This document shows positions 11,679 through 23,939 of a stretch of DNA of 64,000 bases, piece after piece. The notes beneath the pieces are model-generated. The model saw only the letters and a program-made list of their open reading frames with translations. It was not told the origin of the DNA and searched no databases. Position numbers and translations under genes: made by a program. Within the stretch, counting starts at the first letter, position 1. Each line of letters begins with the position of its first letter. The DNA is from Guillardia theta CCMP2712 (taxonomy: Eukaryota > Protista > Cryptophyta), in the NCBI RefSeq assembly GCF_000315625.1, contig NW_005434532.1:33410-97409 (forward strand), in the 5' to 3' direction.

Positions 11679-12725
11679 CTAAGACGTCACAAGCCCTACC
11701 TGAGCTTCGAGCTTTGGATCAGCCCTTGTGTCCAGTTGGTGGACAGTGTTGGTGCTATCCTTCATGTGGCTACATTGCGAACGTGAGCGTTTGATCCTTG
11801 GAACCTGCGTTGTCCTCTTCGACTCCGCTGAGGACGGACGATGTCCTGTCCTCTCCTTCTCCCTCTGCGACAGCAGGTCCGGCATCCTCCTCCGCAGTAT
11901 GAGCCTGATGTTCTCACCCAGCGGGCTCGAGTATGACGCGCTCCCCTTCAAGGACACGCCCTTGTAGCTCGTAGCCTCCAACCCTCTACCTCCCACTCCC
12001 AGTCCCCACTTGCTCTTTCCCTCCTTCTTGTCCGTCACTTGACCCGCCGCCCCCCGCATCGGCCTCGGGAACTCCCGGAGGTTACCAAGGAGCTGCCCTC
12101 TTGCTGGAGCAATATCCTTCTCCTGCTCCTCGGCAGCGACAACAAGCTGCTGTTCGTGGTCCTGGGATGTCCTGCCTGATACGCTGACGCTGCTGTCCTC
12201 GGATGAGCCAGCGGTAGCGTGCGGTAGATAATCAGCTGCTGGTTGAGCAACTGTGAGCGATAATGGAGCATGCTGCTCTTTTTGTTTCCCTTCCTCTTCC
12301 TGTTCATAATCCGCTCCGTTCGTCTCGGGACTTGCCTCACGAGACAAGCTTGCGTAGATGTTGTCCAACTCCACGGAGCAAGACGAGTCCAGGGCGTCAA
12401 GAGCAAGAGCAAGCTGCTCATGGTCCTCATCCCTGCTGTTCACCACCTGACCCGGCTTGTTTTTCTCTTTTCTTCTCAGCATCGCATTGATCCTCGGGGT
12501 GTACTGGGTGATGGCTCTTTGCAGCAGGATGGTCTGATTCGAGCTGAAAAGACTTCCCCTCAAGTTTAACGCCAGCGAGCTCGGCGCAGCCGATGGAGCT
12601 GACTGAACGGACTGCGATCGGAGGAACGCGCCTTGGTCTGCCTCCTGCAGGTCCCGAGCAGGAGCAAGCGTCCCGCCTGTCCACTGTCTTGGGGTGTAGG
12701 ACCTCGGAGTCTGCGCTCGCGACAT
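11679..12725 (-). CDS. Hypothetical, largely disordered protein
   Basis: Long open frame (ORF 11679-12866) with normal complexity; likely start MSRAQTPRSY at 12725. A possible splice donor near 11699 means the true 3' end may differ. Confidence 0.6.
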   Translation of the reverse strand: MSRAQTPRSYTPRQWTGGTLAPARDLQEADQGAFLRSQSVQSAPSAAPSSLALNLRGSLFSSNQTILLQRAITQYTPRINAMLRRKEKNKPGQVVNSRDEDHEQLALALDALDSSCSVELDNIYASLSREASPETNGADYEQEEEGKQKEQHAPLSLTVAQPAADYLPHATAGSSEDSSVSVSGRTSQDHEQQLVVAAEEQEKDIAPARGQLLGNLREFPRPMRGAAGQVTDKKEGKSKWGLGVGGRGLEATSYKGVSLKGSASYSSPLGENIRLILRRRMPDLLSQREKERTGHRPSSAESKRTTQVPRIKRSRSQCSHMKDSTNTVHQLDTRADPKLEAQVGLVTS

Positions 12726-14557
12726 TGTAGCTGGGGCTGGAGCCAGACGGGTCGAGACTGTCAAGTTCCTCGGAGGTCCGGCTGTGAGAATGCGCGTGAG
12801 AGCGTCAGGCCGTGATGCTGAGGTCAAGGAAGAGAAATGAAGGTGCTGCCCCTGAAGAAGCCTCAACGACGCATGTGTCAGGGATCAACTTAGAGGAGAC
12901 CGAGCACGGCGAGCTAACAGCCCGTCGCTTCCATGTGCTGCATCACCTGCCTTGGGTTCGCTGTCGTTCTTTCACTGATTATCCTGACTTCTATCAATCA
13001 GCTCACGGGCACTCCGCCATTGCCGTTCAGCCGCTGTGTCTCCTTCAACAGTCCAGCTACCTGACGCTGCCGAACTTTGTCAGGTGAGAAACCCAAACAC
13101 CAGTTGACGGCCTTGCGGCCTGGCTGCCTGGCTGCCTGGCTGCCACTGCCTCATTACAAGACAAGTACATTTCTATCAATATCTCTATCTAATGCTTCGC
13201 TCTAACCTCCTCGCAAGTCTGGCAATCGAAGTACTTGAGTTTCATTTCAGCTGCCAGTGTGCCTGGTCCATCTGATCTAATTCTGTTCGTGGTCTCGCAT
13301 ACTCCCTAGTCCCCTCCTTACAAACTTTTTGCAGACCATACGATCAGCCGACAGTGAGTTGGCCCGAATGACCTGGCCCAGTGGCGTGGAATATCTCATC
13401 CTGCTCCTCGACTCAGCCTGGGCTCCTCTCTCAGGGTCTTCTCTTCCTCTCCTCTTCTTCCTCCCCCCATCAGCGCCTTCAAAGGCCCCCTGCATTCGGA
13501 TGATTGTTCTGTCCGTTGACTCCAGGTCACTTCGGCAGCACTTCGGCAGCTTGACGGGGACTGAGTGGGGATGGGCCATCCCCATCCCACATGGTCAATG
13601 AGGGGATGTGGACATATTGATTTCATCCGGTCTACCAACTCTCTGGTTCCCGCACTCTACGCCTCCACAGCTACGTCCATTGCATTAGAGGGTGTATCAG
13701 GGAAACAGGGGTGGAGGCGCTGGAAGGTTCGATTTCAATGGTCAGAGAGTGGGTACATGTGGGGATTTGGAGGGGTGGGTAGTACATCCATTTTTTTAAA
13801 TAGGCGTGGAGCGGCAACTAGGGGGTAGGGGTAGTCAGGTCATGTCCATGAAAGAACCCCATGAGCACCGGTCTAGTAAATGTGAGGCTGAGAGGGGGGT
13901 AGTGGTTCTTAATCTGATTATGAACCTGGGAGACAGGGGTGGTAAAAGTATGGGGGGTAGTCCAATAATGTATTCTAGATAAAACCGAAAAGAGTTGATT
14001 TGATTCCATCATTTTGATCCTGTCACCACCCCATCTAACATGACTACCCTACCCTCTTTTAGTTGTTGATCATACAAGTACCCCACAGGTGTAAGGGCAC
14101 ATTCATAACCCCACCCTGACACAATACTAGTACAAAGGTTGACAGACCGGGTATATTCTGGCATGAGTAAACCCTACCCCTGTAAACGATGACACACGGA
14201 TTTGAAAGACCCCTACTCAACGAGTGCCACCCCTACCTCCAAGGAATGTGATGCAAGGAATTGTGATGAGGAGATGATAAGCAGGAGCAGGAAAGTAGAA
14301 GAGGAGGCGGAGAAGAAAAAGGAGAAGGAGAAGGAGAAGAAGAAGGAGAAGAGGAAGAAGGACCAGGACAAGGACAAGGACAAGGAGAAGGGAGAGGAAG
14401 AGGAGAGGGAGAACCGGGGGGGGGAAGGGAGGATGCTAGAAAGGAGGAGGAGGATGACACCCATTGGTCGGTTGTAACTCCATGACGTGACTTCCCGCTA
14501 GGAGAGCAAGAGCAAGAGCGCGCGAAGGAGGAGAATTTCACTCGCTGCCCAGCAAGG

Positions 14558-17265
14558 ATGAGCGCCGATGAGGAGGGGAAGAAGGACTCTGGCCATGAAC
14601 AACCGTTGCCAATCCAGGTGCCGAGCATGCAGCTGTTGCTCTGGAGAGGGCGAGTGACGGCAGTTTGCCAAGGTCCATCCAAGCAGCGATGAGGACGCAG
14701 CCAGGAGGTCCGACGATGCTCCTAACCGAGAGTCAGAGGACGTGCACCTCGTGAGATGCTCCCCCTCCATGACTTTGACTCGAGACATCCTCGTCTCCTC
14801 TCCTTTGATCTCTCATGCTAAGTCTCCTTCTCTTGGTCCCTCCCCTCCCTCTCTACTTCCCCCCCTCCCCTCCTTTTTCTCCTTCCTCCTTTCTCCTTCT
14901 TCCCCCTCCCTCCCTCCTCCTCCTTTCTTCTTTCTCCTTGCCATCTCCTCCCCACCCCAACTTTTTCCCACGCATCTGCCCTCGTGTTTCCTTTTCTCAA
15001 CTCTTTAGCTGTTTCGAGCCGGCAGTTCCTCCCCCTTGACAATCTCTCTTGCAGACCAACAATTCCGATGTCCGACTCGGAGTGAGCGAGTCGAAGAACA
15101 GTCTTGACGTGAGGTAGCAACGTGCTGCTTGCTCTGCCATGATGGCTCCAATCCCAGGTCTCGCCCAAGTACCTTGAGGTCTCGTATCAAGACATCTTCC
15201 GTCAGTTCATCTTATTGGGTAAGTTTGAGTGATTACATCATCAACCCTCCTCCCTCACATGATGATCTTCTGCGCCATGATCTCCTCCTCCCGGTGACAA
15301 CAGTCGTTACCTTCTGCTCCTCCTCTTCAACCCCCTCTTTCCTCTGGCCGGCCCGCCCACCGATCCTCCGCGTCCTCCTTCCTCTAAACTCATTTTCTTC
15401 TCCTCTGTCTTTCCAAGCACTCAATTTTCTCTGCCTTCTTCTCACCGCAAGTCTTGTCGCTTTAGTGGTTTATTCCCTTGTGCTTCTCCTCCTTGACGTG
15501 CTTGCAAGGATGGACTGCGTTTGGCGGGCCAGCAGCTCACATTGGTAAGAGAGGAGGCGACGAAGGAAAGATTTGGAGTGTGGATAGAAGCAGCAGGCAT
15601 GAACATGACAAGGGGCGAGTCATAGAGCGAGGAAGGAAGTTAGAGGACAGGAGAAGAACAAGGAAACCAGGAAAGTAGAGGACAGGAGACGAACGAGGAG
15701 GATGAGCGCAGAGTAGGGGAAGCGGGGAATGGAGAAGAAGAACAGGAGGAGGAGGCTGCGCAAGACGGCATGGCTGACAGCGTGTCTCCTACAAGCTCTG
15801 TTCCAGAAGATCTTCATCGAGAGGCTCAACTGGATGTCTCACTCGCTCTTCATGGAGCTCTTCGCCCTCGGCCAGTGCCTGCCGGGACCGACCTCGACCC
15901 AGGTGAGCCAACTATGCTAGACTTTCTGCCTCTCTCCATGTTCCTCCCTCCGTCTCGCTTCCTCCTTCCTCTCTCTTCTTCCTCTTGCACCTTCTCGCTC
16001 GCTCGCTTACTCTCTTCTTCCCACTTTCTCCCTCTCCTCGCCCTCGCTTCTTCCCTGCTCCTCGTCCTTAAGCACCTCCAATATCCTTCTATCCAAACAC
16101 CATCAACCACTCTGACCCTCTACCTCTTCCTTCCCGTTCGTCGCTTTTCTCATCACCTTCACAGGTGTCATTTGCTATCGGAGTAGTCAAGAAAGGAATC
16201 CTCGGAGGACTACTCTCTGGCATGCTCTTCCAGTAAACAACCTTCCCTGCTCCCCCTCTCCCCTTCACTTCTCTCTGCTCCCATTTCTTCCTATTATCTC
16301 GTCTTCTTCTTCTCCTCCTTCTTCTTCTTCTCCTTCTTCTTCTTCTCCTTCTTCTTCTTCGACTACTACTACTACTACTACTTCTCTCACTCCCTCACTT
16401 TCTCACCTCTCCTCCACTCTACTTCACTCTACTTCCTCGTAGTCTCGGTGCCCTTTCTTTTCCTTCTTATTGCCTTTCAGGTATCCTGGACTGCTTATGA
16501 TGTCAGTCATCGGATATGCTGCTGATCAAGTAGACTGGCAGAACGGAGCTCTGAAGGTCTTTACTGCTCCTTTCTATCCCTTACGCTCCTCCCCCTCCCT
16601 CCTCTCAATTTCTGGTTCTCCTATCGCCCTCATCCTTGCTTCTCTACCTCATCTCCTGCTTGTCTCCTGCCACAATCTCAAGCGCCCTGCAGGGTTTCGC
16701 GTCCGGTCTCGGAGCCGTTGGCGTCGCACTTGTGGCAGGAGCTGCGCTGACACTCTCGCAGAAGACATGCCCAGACAGGTATAAGGGGGAGGACGACGAC
16801 GAGGACGAGTGAAGATGAACGAAGAGGGGGAGGATCGGGGTGGAGGAAGGAAAGGTGGACGAGGACGAGTGAAGAGGAGGGAACAGGGAGAGGATCGAGG
16901 AGGAGGAGGGAAGAAATTGAGGAGGAGGAGGAGGAGGAGGAGGAGGAGGAGGAAGGCAAGAAGGGTTCAAGGAGTAGGAGAGGAAGGAAGAGAAAGGAAT
17001 GCCTCTACTACCGCACGGTAACGATGGCTGACGACAGGGAGACGAGAATTCTTAACCTCATCGCGGCTGTCTTGGCCTACATGTGAATGAGCAGATGCTT
17101 GTGAGGAAGAAACAATGACTTTTCTCTCAGGTTCTCCAGCGCGTGGATCTTCCCGTCGCTGATTGCCTTCGGTGGACTTGTGACGTTGATCAGAGAAAGA
17201 AGTGAGGAAGAGGAGGAGGAGGGGAGGGAGAGGACGGGCAGGCAGGCAGACGGGCGGCGGTGGAG

Positions 17266-17301
<36 letters not shown>

Positions 17302-19618
17302 ATGACTTCTTGTTTTCTTTGTGGTTGTGCAGTAATCCCGTCAAGGAGGCGCCAGGAAATGAAGGGATTGAATCCCTCGGAGTGAAGAAGGTGAGAGGGC
17401 AGAGGAGATGAGGAGGGAGGGGAGGGGAGAAGAAGGGAGCGAAGGAGAAGAGAGTGACGGGGCGGGATGAGCGAGGAGACTTGAGGGAGGAGGGAGGAGG
17501 GAGGAAAGAGGGGATGTAACCGACAGGCAGGTCACGGGAGCGATTCTCCTCATCGTGTGGATTTCCGTTCTTGTCATCGCTATCGTCCTGCGAACCTCAG
17601 TAATCAAATATGAAGGATCAGGTGAAATTCTTGGGATCTCAACCCTCACTCCCTCATTTTCGTCTCCACTCTCCTCCTCCTCCTCCTCCTCCTCCTCCTC
17701 CTCCTCCTCCTCCTCCTCCTCCTCCTCCTCCTCCTCCTCCTCCTCTCACGCACCTTCAGGCCGCGTCCTATGGTGGTTCGAATCGTTCTATCGCACAGGC
17801 TCCATCATCTTCGGAGGAGGGCAGGTGGTCCTGCCGCTGCTGGTGCAGGAGGTGGTCCAGTACAAAGACTTGTGCGCGGAGGAGGCAGGCAAGACGGTGA
17901 GTTGCCAACTGCAGCCTCTCTGTATCCTCCAGCCTCATTCTCTCTTGTTCTCCTCAACTCTTCCTGTCAGTTTCATACTTGTCTTTGTTGTCGTAACCAC
18001 CTTAACCACTACCACGACCTGCAGCATTATCATCATCCTCATCTTAATCTTCATCATCATCATCTTCTTCTCCTTCTTCTTCCTCTTCCTCTTCTTCTTC
18101 TTCCTCTTTTGTTTTATTACGTTGACAGGTCTGCTCGAAAGTGCCCGATTACACCTACTATGGATCCTTTAGCAACCCCAACGTCCAGAGTTGGATGACG
18201 GAGGAGCAGTTCCTGGCGGGGCTCGGAATTGCCCAGGTAAGGAGGAGGAGGAGGAGGAAAACGAGGAAGAGCAGGAGAAGGAGGAGATGCCGAGGGAGGG
18301 GTGGAGGCGGGGGCGAGAATAAGGCCCAGTGAGAAAGTTAAAGGGAGGGAGCAGGTTTCAAAAAGAGGATGGTAAAGTGAAGAGTGAAAGGAGCAAGAAT
18401 GGATGGAGGACGGGAGGAAGGAAGAGAAGAGAGGTTGAGGAGGAGGAGGAGGAGCAGCAGCAGCAGCAGCAGCAGCAGGAGTGACACAGGATCAGGCTAT
18501 GCCGGGCCCTCTCTTCAACATCGCCGCGTACCTCGGAGCTCTCACGGCGTCTCAAGCTGGTGTCAACGCCATCGTCGGGGTCTGCGCCACCTGGTTTGGC
18601 CTCTTCGGTCCTGGTGAGGCAGAAGAAGGGAGGAGGAGGAATGAAGAGAGGAGGAAGGAGAGGAGGTTGAAGGAGAGGAGGAGGAACTGTAGAGCAGGAG
18701 AAGAAGGAAGTGAGGTAAGAGATGGCAGAAGATAATACTCCGAGAAGGCGAAGAGGGAGAGGAAGAGAACCTGCAAACAGCAGGACGAGGACGAGGACGA
18801 GGAGAAAGAGGCGATTGAAATCGCTCACATGTGTTGCAGGTGTTCTTGTCATCTTCGGTACTCTGCCGTTCTGGGGAGTTTTCCGTAAGGTGAGCAAGAT
18901 TCAAGACAGAGTTCTCCTGTCCCTCCCCCTCCCCCTCCTCCTTACATTCAACGTTTGTCTGCGTCTTGTCTCTTGCTTTATTTCCCCTCCCTCGTACTCG
19001 AGTTACTTCTCCCTCCTCTCCTCCTCTCTCCCCTCCTCCTCTCTCCCCTCCTCCTCTCTCCTCTCATCCTCTCCTCCTCTCTCCTCTCCTGCTCTTTCCT
19101 CTCCTCCTCTCTCCTCTCCTCTAACTCACTTCTCCTCAGCAACCCGTCTATCGCCGCGCCCTGCCTGGCATGAACGCGGCAGCTGTTGGCCTCATAGTCG
19201 CCGCTGTCTTCAGCCTCTACGATAAAGTCCGTCAGAGCAGGTCAATACAATCGATCCTCCCTCCCTCCCTCCCCTCCCCTCCCCTCCCTCCCTCCCTCCC
19301 TCCCTCCCCTCCCCTCCCCTCCCCTCCCCTCCCCTTCCTTCCGATCCTCCCTCCTCCCCTCCCTCTCTCGCTCATACGTCTCCTCCCTTCTCTCCCTCCT
19401 CAGACTTCCTTGTCTCCTGTTGCTTCTCTCCCTTTGCTTCCATCGTCTTCTTGCTCTCACTCTACGTCAGCCCGTTCCCCGACACAGCTGTTGCCATCGG
19501 CCTCATCGGCTTCGTCCTTGTTGAGATCTTCAAGGCACCGGCTCCTCTCGCCATCGTCATCGGCGGCATCCTCGGCATCTTCGGGTGGGCAGTCAAGCTC
19601 AAGTGGGTTGCGGGATAG
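14558..19618 (+). CDS. Chromate ion transporter (CHR family, long two-domain form), multi-exon
   Basis: CHR motifs in spliced exons: GWTAFGGPAAHIG; IERLNWMSHSLFMELFALGQCLPGPTSTQ; FYRTGSIIFGGGQVVLPLL; WMTEEQFLAGLGIAQ|AMPGPLFNIAAYLG; GMNAAAVGLIVAAV. Confidence 0.93.
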
Positions 19619-19937
19619 GCACGAAGGAGAGCAGAAGGGCTCCAGCGAACAAGTCAATGCGTTGCACTTGTTCATGTTGACACAGGATATGAAATTGTGA
19701 GAGATGATTGTCAAGTATTGTTTGCATCTTGTCAAGCAGCGCATGCATGAAGAAACGAATCATGTGACTCGTACCACCGCTTCCTCTCCCTTCGCTTGCT
19801 CTCACCCGACGATTCGCAGGATACCTACTGAGCTTTCTTTCCTCGGAAATTCTCCCTTCTGCCTTCTCTTCCGCTTCCCCCCATCTTTCTTCTGCAATCT
19901 TCTGTTTTCGTAGTTTACTTCACTCAAGCACTTAAGT

Positions 19938-21158
19938 CTACTTGGCAGCCTTGCGCTGGGCGGCGCGAAGCATGCTGTGGCACTGCTCACGCTTGGCCTT
20001 GGCACGCTTGTGAGTTCCGAGCTGCGAGAGAGAGAGAGAGAGAGTCAGCAGGATTCCGAGAGGAGAAGAAAAATATCCATGGGACACCATGACAACAAGA
20101 CAGCAGGTAGAGCAAAATGACGAGATGACATGAAACATCTTCAAAGAGACCAAGTTGCAAATACATGTGATAATTGGAGATGCTAACATCATTCCTCAAT
20201 GTGATGATGATAACATTGATAAAAATGTCAATGGTACAAGAGTGCAGGAAGCATGACAGTTCAGGTGCCAAACAATCAAAGCATGATGATCCAACAGCAG
20301 GGCGACTCGTCACATGTCTTACCCTCTTCTTGCACAACTTCAGCACGCGCTTATCCCTTCCGTTCTTAAGCAACTCCATTCCTCTTCTCTCGAGGGGAGA
20401 AACGCCGGCAATCTCACGAATCACGTCGCGCACCAACTTGACCTTCTTAGTGGACCTCTGTAGAACCAAGGTTACAACCTTGTCGAGACAAGACATGAGG
20501 TAGGAGCAACGTGAGGTAGGAGTAACATGTACAAATGCGCACGTAAAAAATACAACTATCAACACCATCTGATGTCTCCAAAATATCACAAAGAACAACC
20601 ATCCACAGTAACGGAGAGAGAAGGAAAGCAAATCTTCTTCGTCGCATTCCGTATCAACAAGTGAAGGACAACGAGATCTCGGTACTCAAATGCTTCAAGC
20701 GTGAGTCAAATCATACGTATTTGATACGTATTTGAATAAGATGCACCAGACAATACATTACAAGAGTGTAAAAGGGTTCAGGAGCTGGTGTAGTGCATTA
20801 TACTTCATGTTGCACAGGTGCTACATGCAAGGATTTTCAACTCAAGACACAAACTGGAATGAAAGAAGCATCCTTCTCATCATCGACAACATCTGAACCA
20901 GATACAACTCCTCTTCTCCTAGCATCATCTCTTCCTCAACACCCTTCCTCTCCTCCCCTCCCCTGCAACCATCAAACCCCAACAACGGCATCAACCCATC
21001 CACACACATGCTCCCCAAGGCAACAAGAGGACGAGGAGGGGGAATCAGAATCAGGTTCTCACCCCCTTCTTCCTGGAAGGACGGACGGCAAGCGTTCGCT
21101 TCTCCACGAGGAAGCCCTTCCTCAGCCCCACCGCCAGCCCTGATCCTTCGCCCGGCAT
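19938..21158 (-). CDS. RPL36: 60S ribosomal protein L36 (eL36), 3 exons
   Basis: [32 protein letters not shown]|[45 protein letters not shown]|[12 protein letters not shown]... matches eL36 signatures. Confidence 0.96.
20776..20887 (-). ncRNA. Candidate intronic box C/D snoRNA in RPL36 intron 1
   Basis: Minus strand has ATGATGA (box C, 20877-20883) and CTGA (box D, ~20778-20781) about 100 nt apart, in an unusually long, non-repetitive intron of a ribosomal protein gene. No target identified. Confidence 0.4.
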
Positions 21159-21344
21159 TTCTTCGCACGCGCACGAGTCCACGCGCCAGGGTAAAAAAAA
21201 GAAAAAGAGCGGGGAGGCGGGGTACACGATACAGATCTGATACGTCGCACAATGACGGTTACAATTCACGTTAAGAGATCGGGCATAGAATGATCGTTAC
21301 AGTCATGACAATGATGTAACGGATCTGGCCTGGGAGGACTCGAA

Positions 21345-23915
21345 ATGTCGGAAGGGAGGAGGCTGTGGGGGGAGGAAGGGGATGGAGGGGGCAGGGGACG
21401 ACGAGGGAGAGGGAGAGGGAGAGGAGGGAGAGACGACGAGGGTCTCGAGGGAGGACGGGGAAGGGGAGGAGGAGGAGGAGAGAGAGGCCGAGGCACTGTT
21501 GTGGGCAGGGGGGGGCGAGGTAGGGGGAGGGGGGTTCTGTATGCTCCGAATGGAGATGAAGGAGAAGGGGCGACAGGAGTGGCGGGTGGAGCGGCAGTAC
21601 AGGCAGGAGGATCGGTGGAGGGGGCACCTGCCCCGAGGTTGATCCTTGGAGCGAAGCCTCTACAGCAAACGTCAGAGGGGGCAAGGGTTTCGTCAGGAAA
21701 AGATCCGAGCAGTGCTAGCAAGGCTCCTCCAGTCTACAAGCTGCTGACAGAGAGGTTCGACTTTGTTGGAGGAGGGGAAGCCATGAAGGCCTTGACGGAG
21801 AACACGGACTTCGTGGTGATCGCTGCCATCGGCATGGCTGTGAGGACGGGAGGGGGGAGGAGGAGCATGAAGCAGCTGAACTCGTTTCAGGGATCAGGGA
21901 AGTCTTTCATTCTTAACGAGCTGGCTGGATATCAGAACAGGTCCCTCCATCCATCCATCCATCCATCCATCCATCCATCCCTCCCTCCTTCATGGCAGGC
22001 GGCTGTCGTGTGATGCTGCAGCAGCTCCGAAGACAACGGGCCTGCACTGAGGCCGTTCGTGGTACAGACGCAAGATATCATGCTCGAGGGCTCCCACCAG
22101 ACCGTCGGGGTCGACATGTACATCACAGGTGTCCTGCTGCCTCGCGGGCATGACGCGTGCTCTGACATGCTCCGGCCTGCTCTGTGACAGGAGAGAGGAT
22201 AATTCTCCTTGACTGCCAGCCGGTATGCAGCTCATCGGTGGTGTTGGACATGGTCCTGGAAGGAGCGCCTCTGCCGGCGATCGCATGTACCTACGACCAC
22301 CTTATGGATATCCAGGTGAGAGGATGCTGCTGCTGTTTGTCGAGATGTCGGCCTCATGCTCCGAGAGAGCTGCTGCACAGCGTTCAGCCCCCCTGCTGTG
22401 CGATGTTTGAACCCAGCCAGAGTTGATTTCAGAGGCAGCAAGCAACCACTGCAGCTCGTGTGCTAAGCTTGTGCTCTTGCTGCCTGCCTGGCGCTGTGGC
22501 AGCTTGTTCTTACATGCTCTATCAGTCGCTGCAGCTTATGATGTTCATTCTGGCCATCAGCCATGTAGTCATTGTCACACAACCCAACGTCCCTCCGAGC
22601 CGACCCCTCCTCTCTGTCCTTCGTTCCGCTCACTGGTAGATCAATACTTTGTCCCTCAGGACCATCGTACGTATGACGCCTTCCAGGCTATGGATGCCTC
22701 CTGAACAGCTGGATGAGGAGGAGGAGGAGGAGGAGGAGGAGGAGGAGAGTGGGAGGGGGGCAAGACAAGGGAGCTCGGAGAAGCATGCCGCGCCGGGCAA
22801 CGGCAAGTTGGAGTCGCTCAAGCAGGACGTGGAATCTCTTTCTCTGGACCCTCGAGGAGGAGGTACCTTCCTCAAGGGAGCTCCGCACATCGTCTTCGTG
22901 CACAACATGATCCCGGACAGCTCTCTGACGGTGAATCGGCTCCTCGTTCCCCTGGCCGTGGGCGGCTGATGGTGTTGCGCAGGTCCTTAGTCAGAGGAGA
23001 ATAGAAACTGTTGTCCACGAGCATTTTCGAGGGACTGGTGAGAGAACATTCCTGCTCCCTTTCAACCCGCTTCTTTATCACCTTTCCCACTCCCACCCCC
23101 CCTCACCACCTTGCTTGTTCCCGTCCTCGTAGGCATTCTTCTAATATTCTCATCTTTACCTCCTATGCCTTTCGCTCCTGCCTCCTTCCCGATCCGCATC
23201 GCTGCATACCAGGCCTCTTCCGACACGCACAGCATACCAGCTACAGGCGGGTGAAGCCACTGAACGGCAGAAAGGTGGTCGACCGCTGGAATCTCTTCTC
23301 GATGAGTTTGACAAGCAGCGCAGGAGGAGGGAGAGGACGAGGGCAGCGTGTCAAGTCCCGTCAACTGCTATCTCCTGCCCATTGACGAGGATTCCCTCCA
23401 AGGAGGGATGGCCTCCCTTCAAAGGAGGCGAGCTGCTTGCTCGGGGATGCTTCCAGCGCTGACCTGACACGGCAGGCCCTCCTTCCGTGTCTACATCGAC
23501 AGGCTAACACATGAGATCCTCACCCTCCCCCGCGTCCCCTTCGCACGGCCCATGTCGGAGAGAGAGTCAGTGCCCTGCTGAGAGGAGGTGGGGGCGAGCT
23601 GAGAACTCCTGGCAGGTGGTGTCGTCTTGCTGGACAAACATGGGATAAGGTGACTGCTTGTCTCCCTTCTTGCTCCTTCTCTGCCTGGGACTACATCCTC
23701 GTTCTCTTCCTCTCTTCCTCGCCCCTGTCCTCCCACTGTCTCTTCCGTGCTGCTAGAGTTCAGCCAGTGCCGCCGTCCTATGTCATACTCACCTTCCTCT
23801 CTCGCCCTCCGACGGTTTTCTTTCTGCTCACTTGAGTGTTTTTGGTTCCTCTCCGTCATAGATCGCAAGAAGCGGCTCAAGGATTGATCACTGTCGTAGC
23901 ATACGGAGAAATTGA
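21345..23915 (+). CDS. SMG9: Nonsense-mediated decay factor SMG9-like, multi-exon
   Basis: NTDFVVIAAIGMA|GSGKSFILNEL (P-loop); HQTVGVDMYIT|GERIILLDCQPVCSSSV; PHIVFVHN; C-terminal MSERE|WCRLAGQTWDK. All parallel the SMG9 G-domain. Confidence 0.85.
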
Positions 23916-23939
23916 TGTTCAAGTAAAAGTTTGGGCCTT

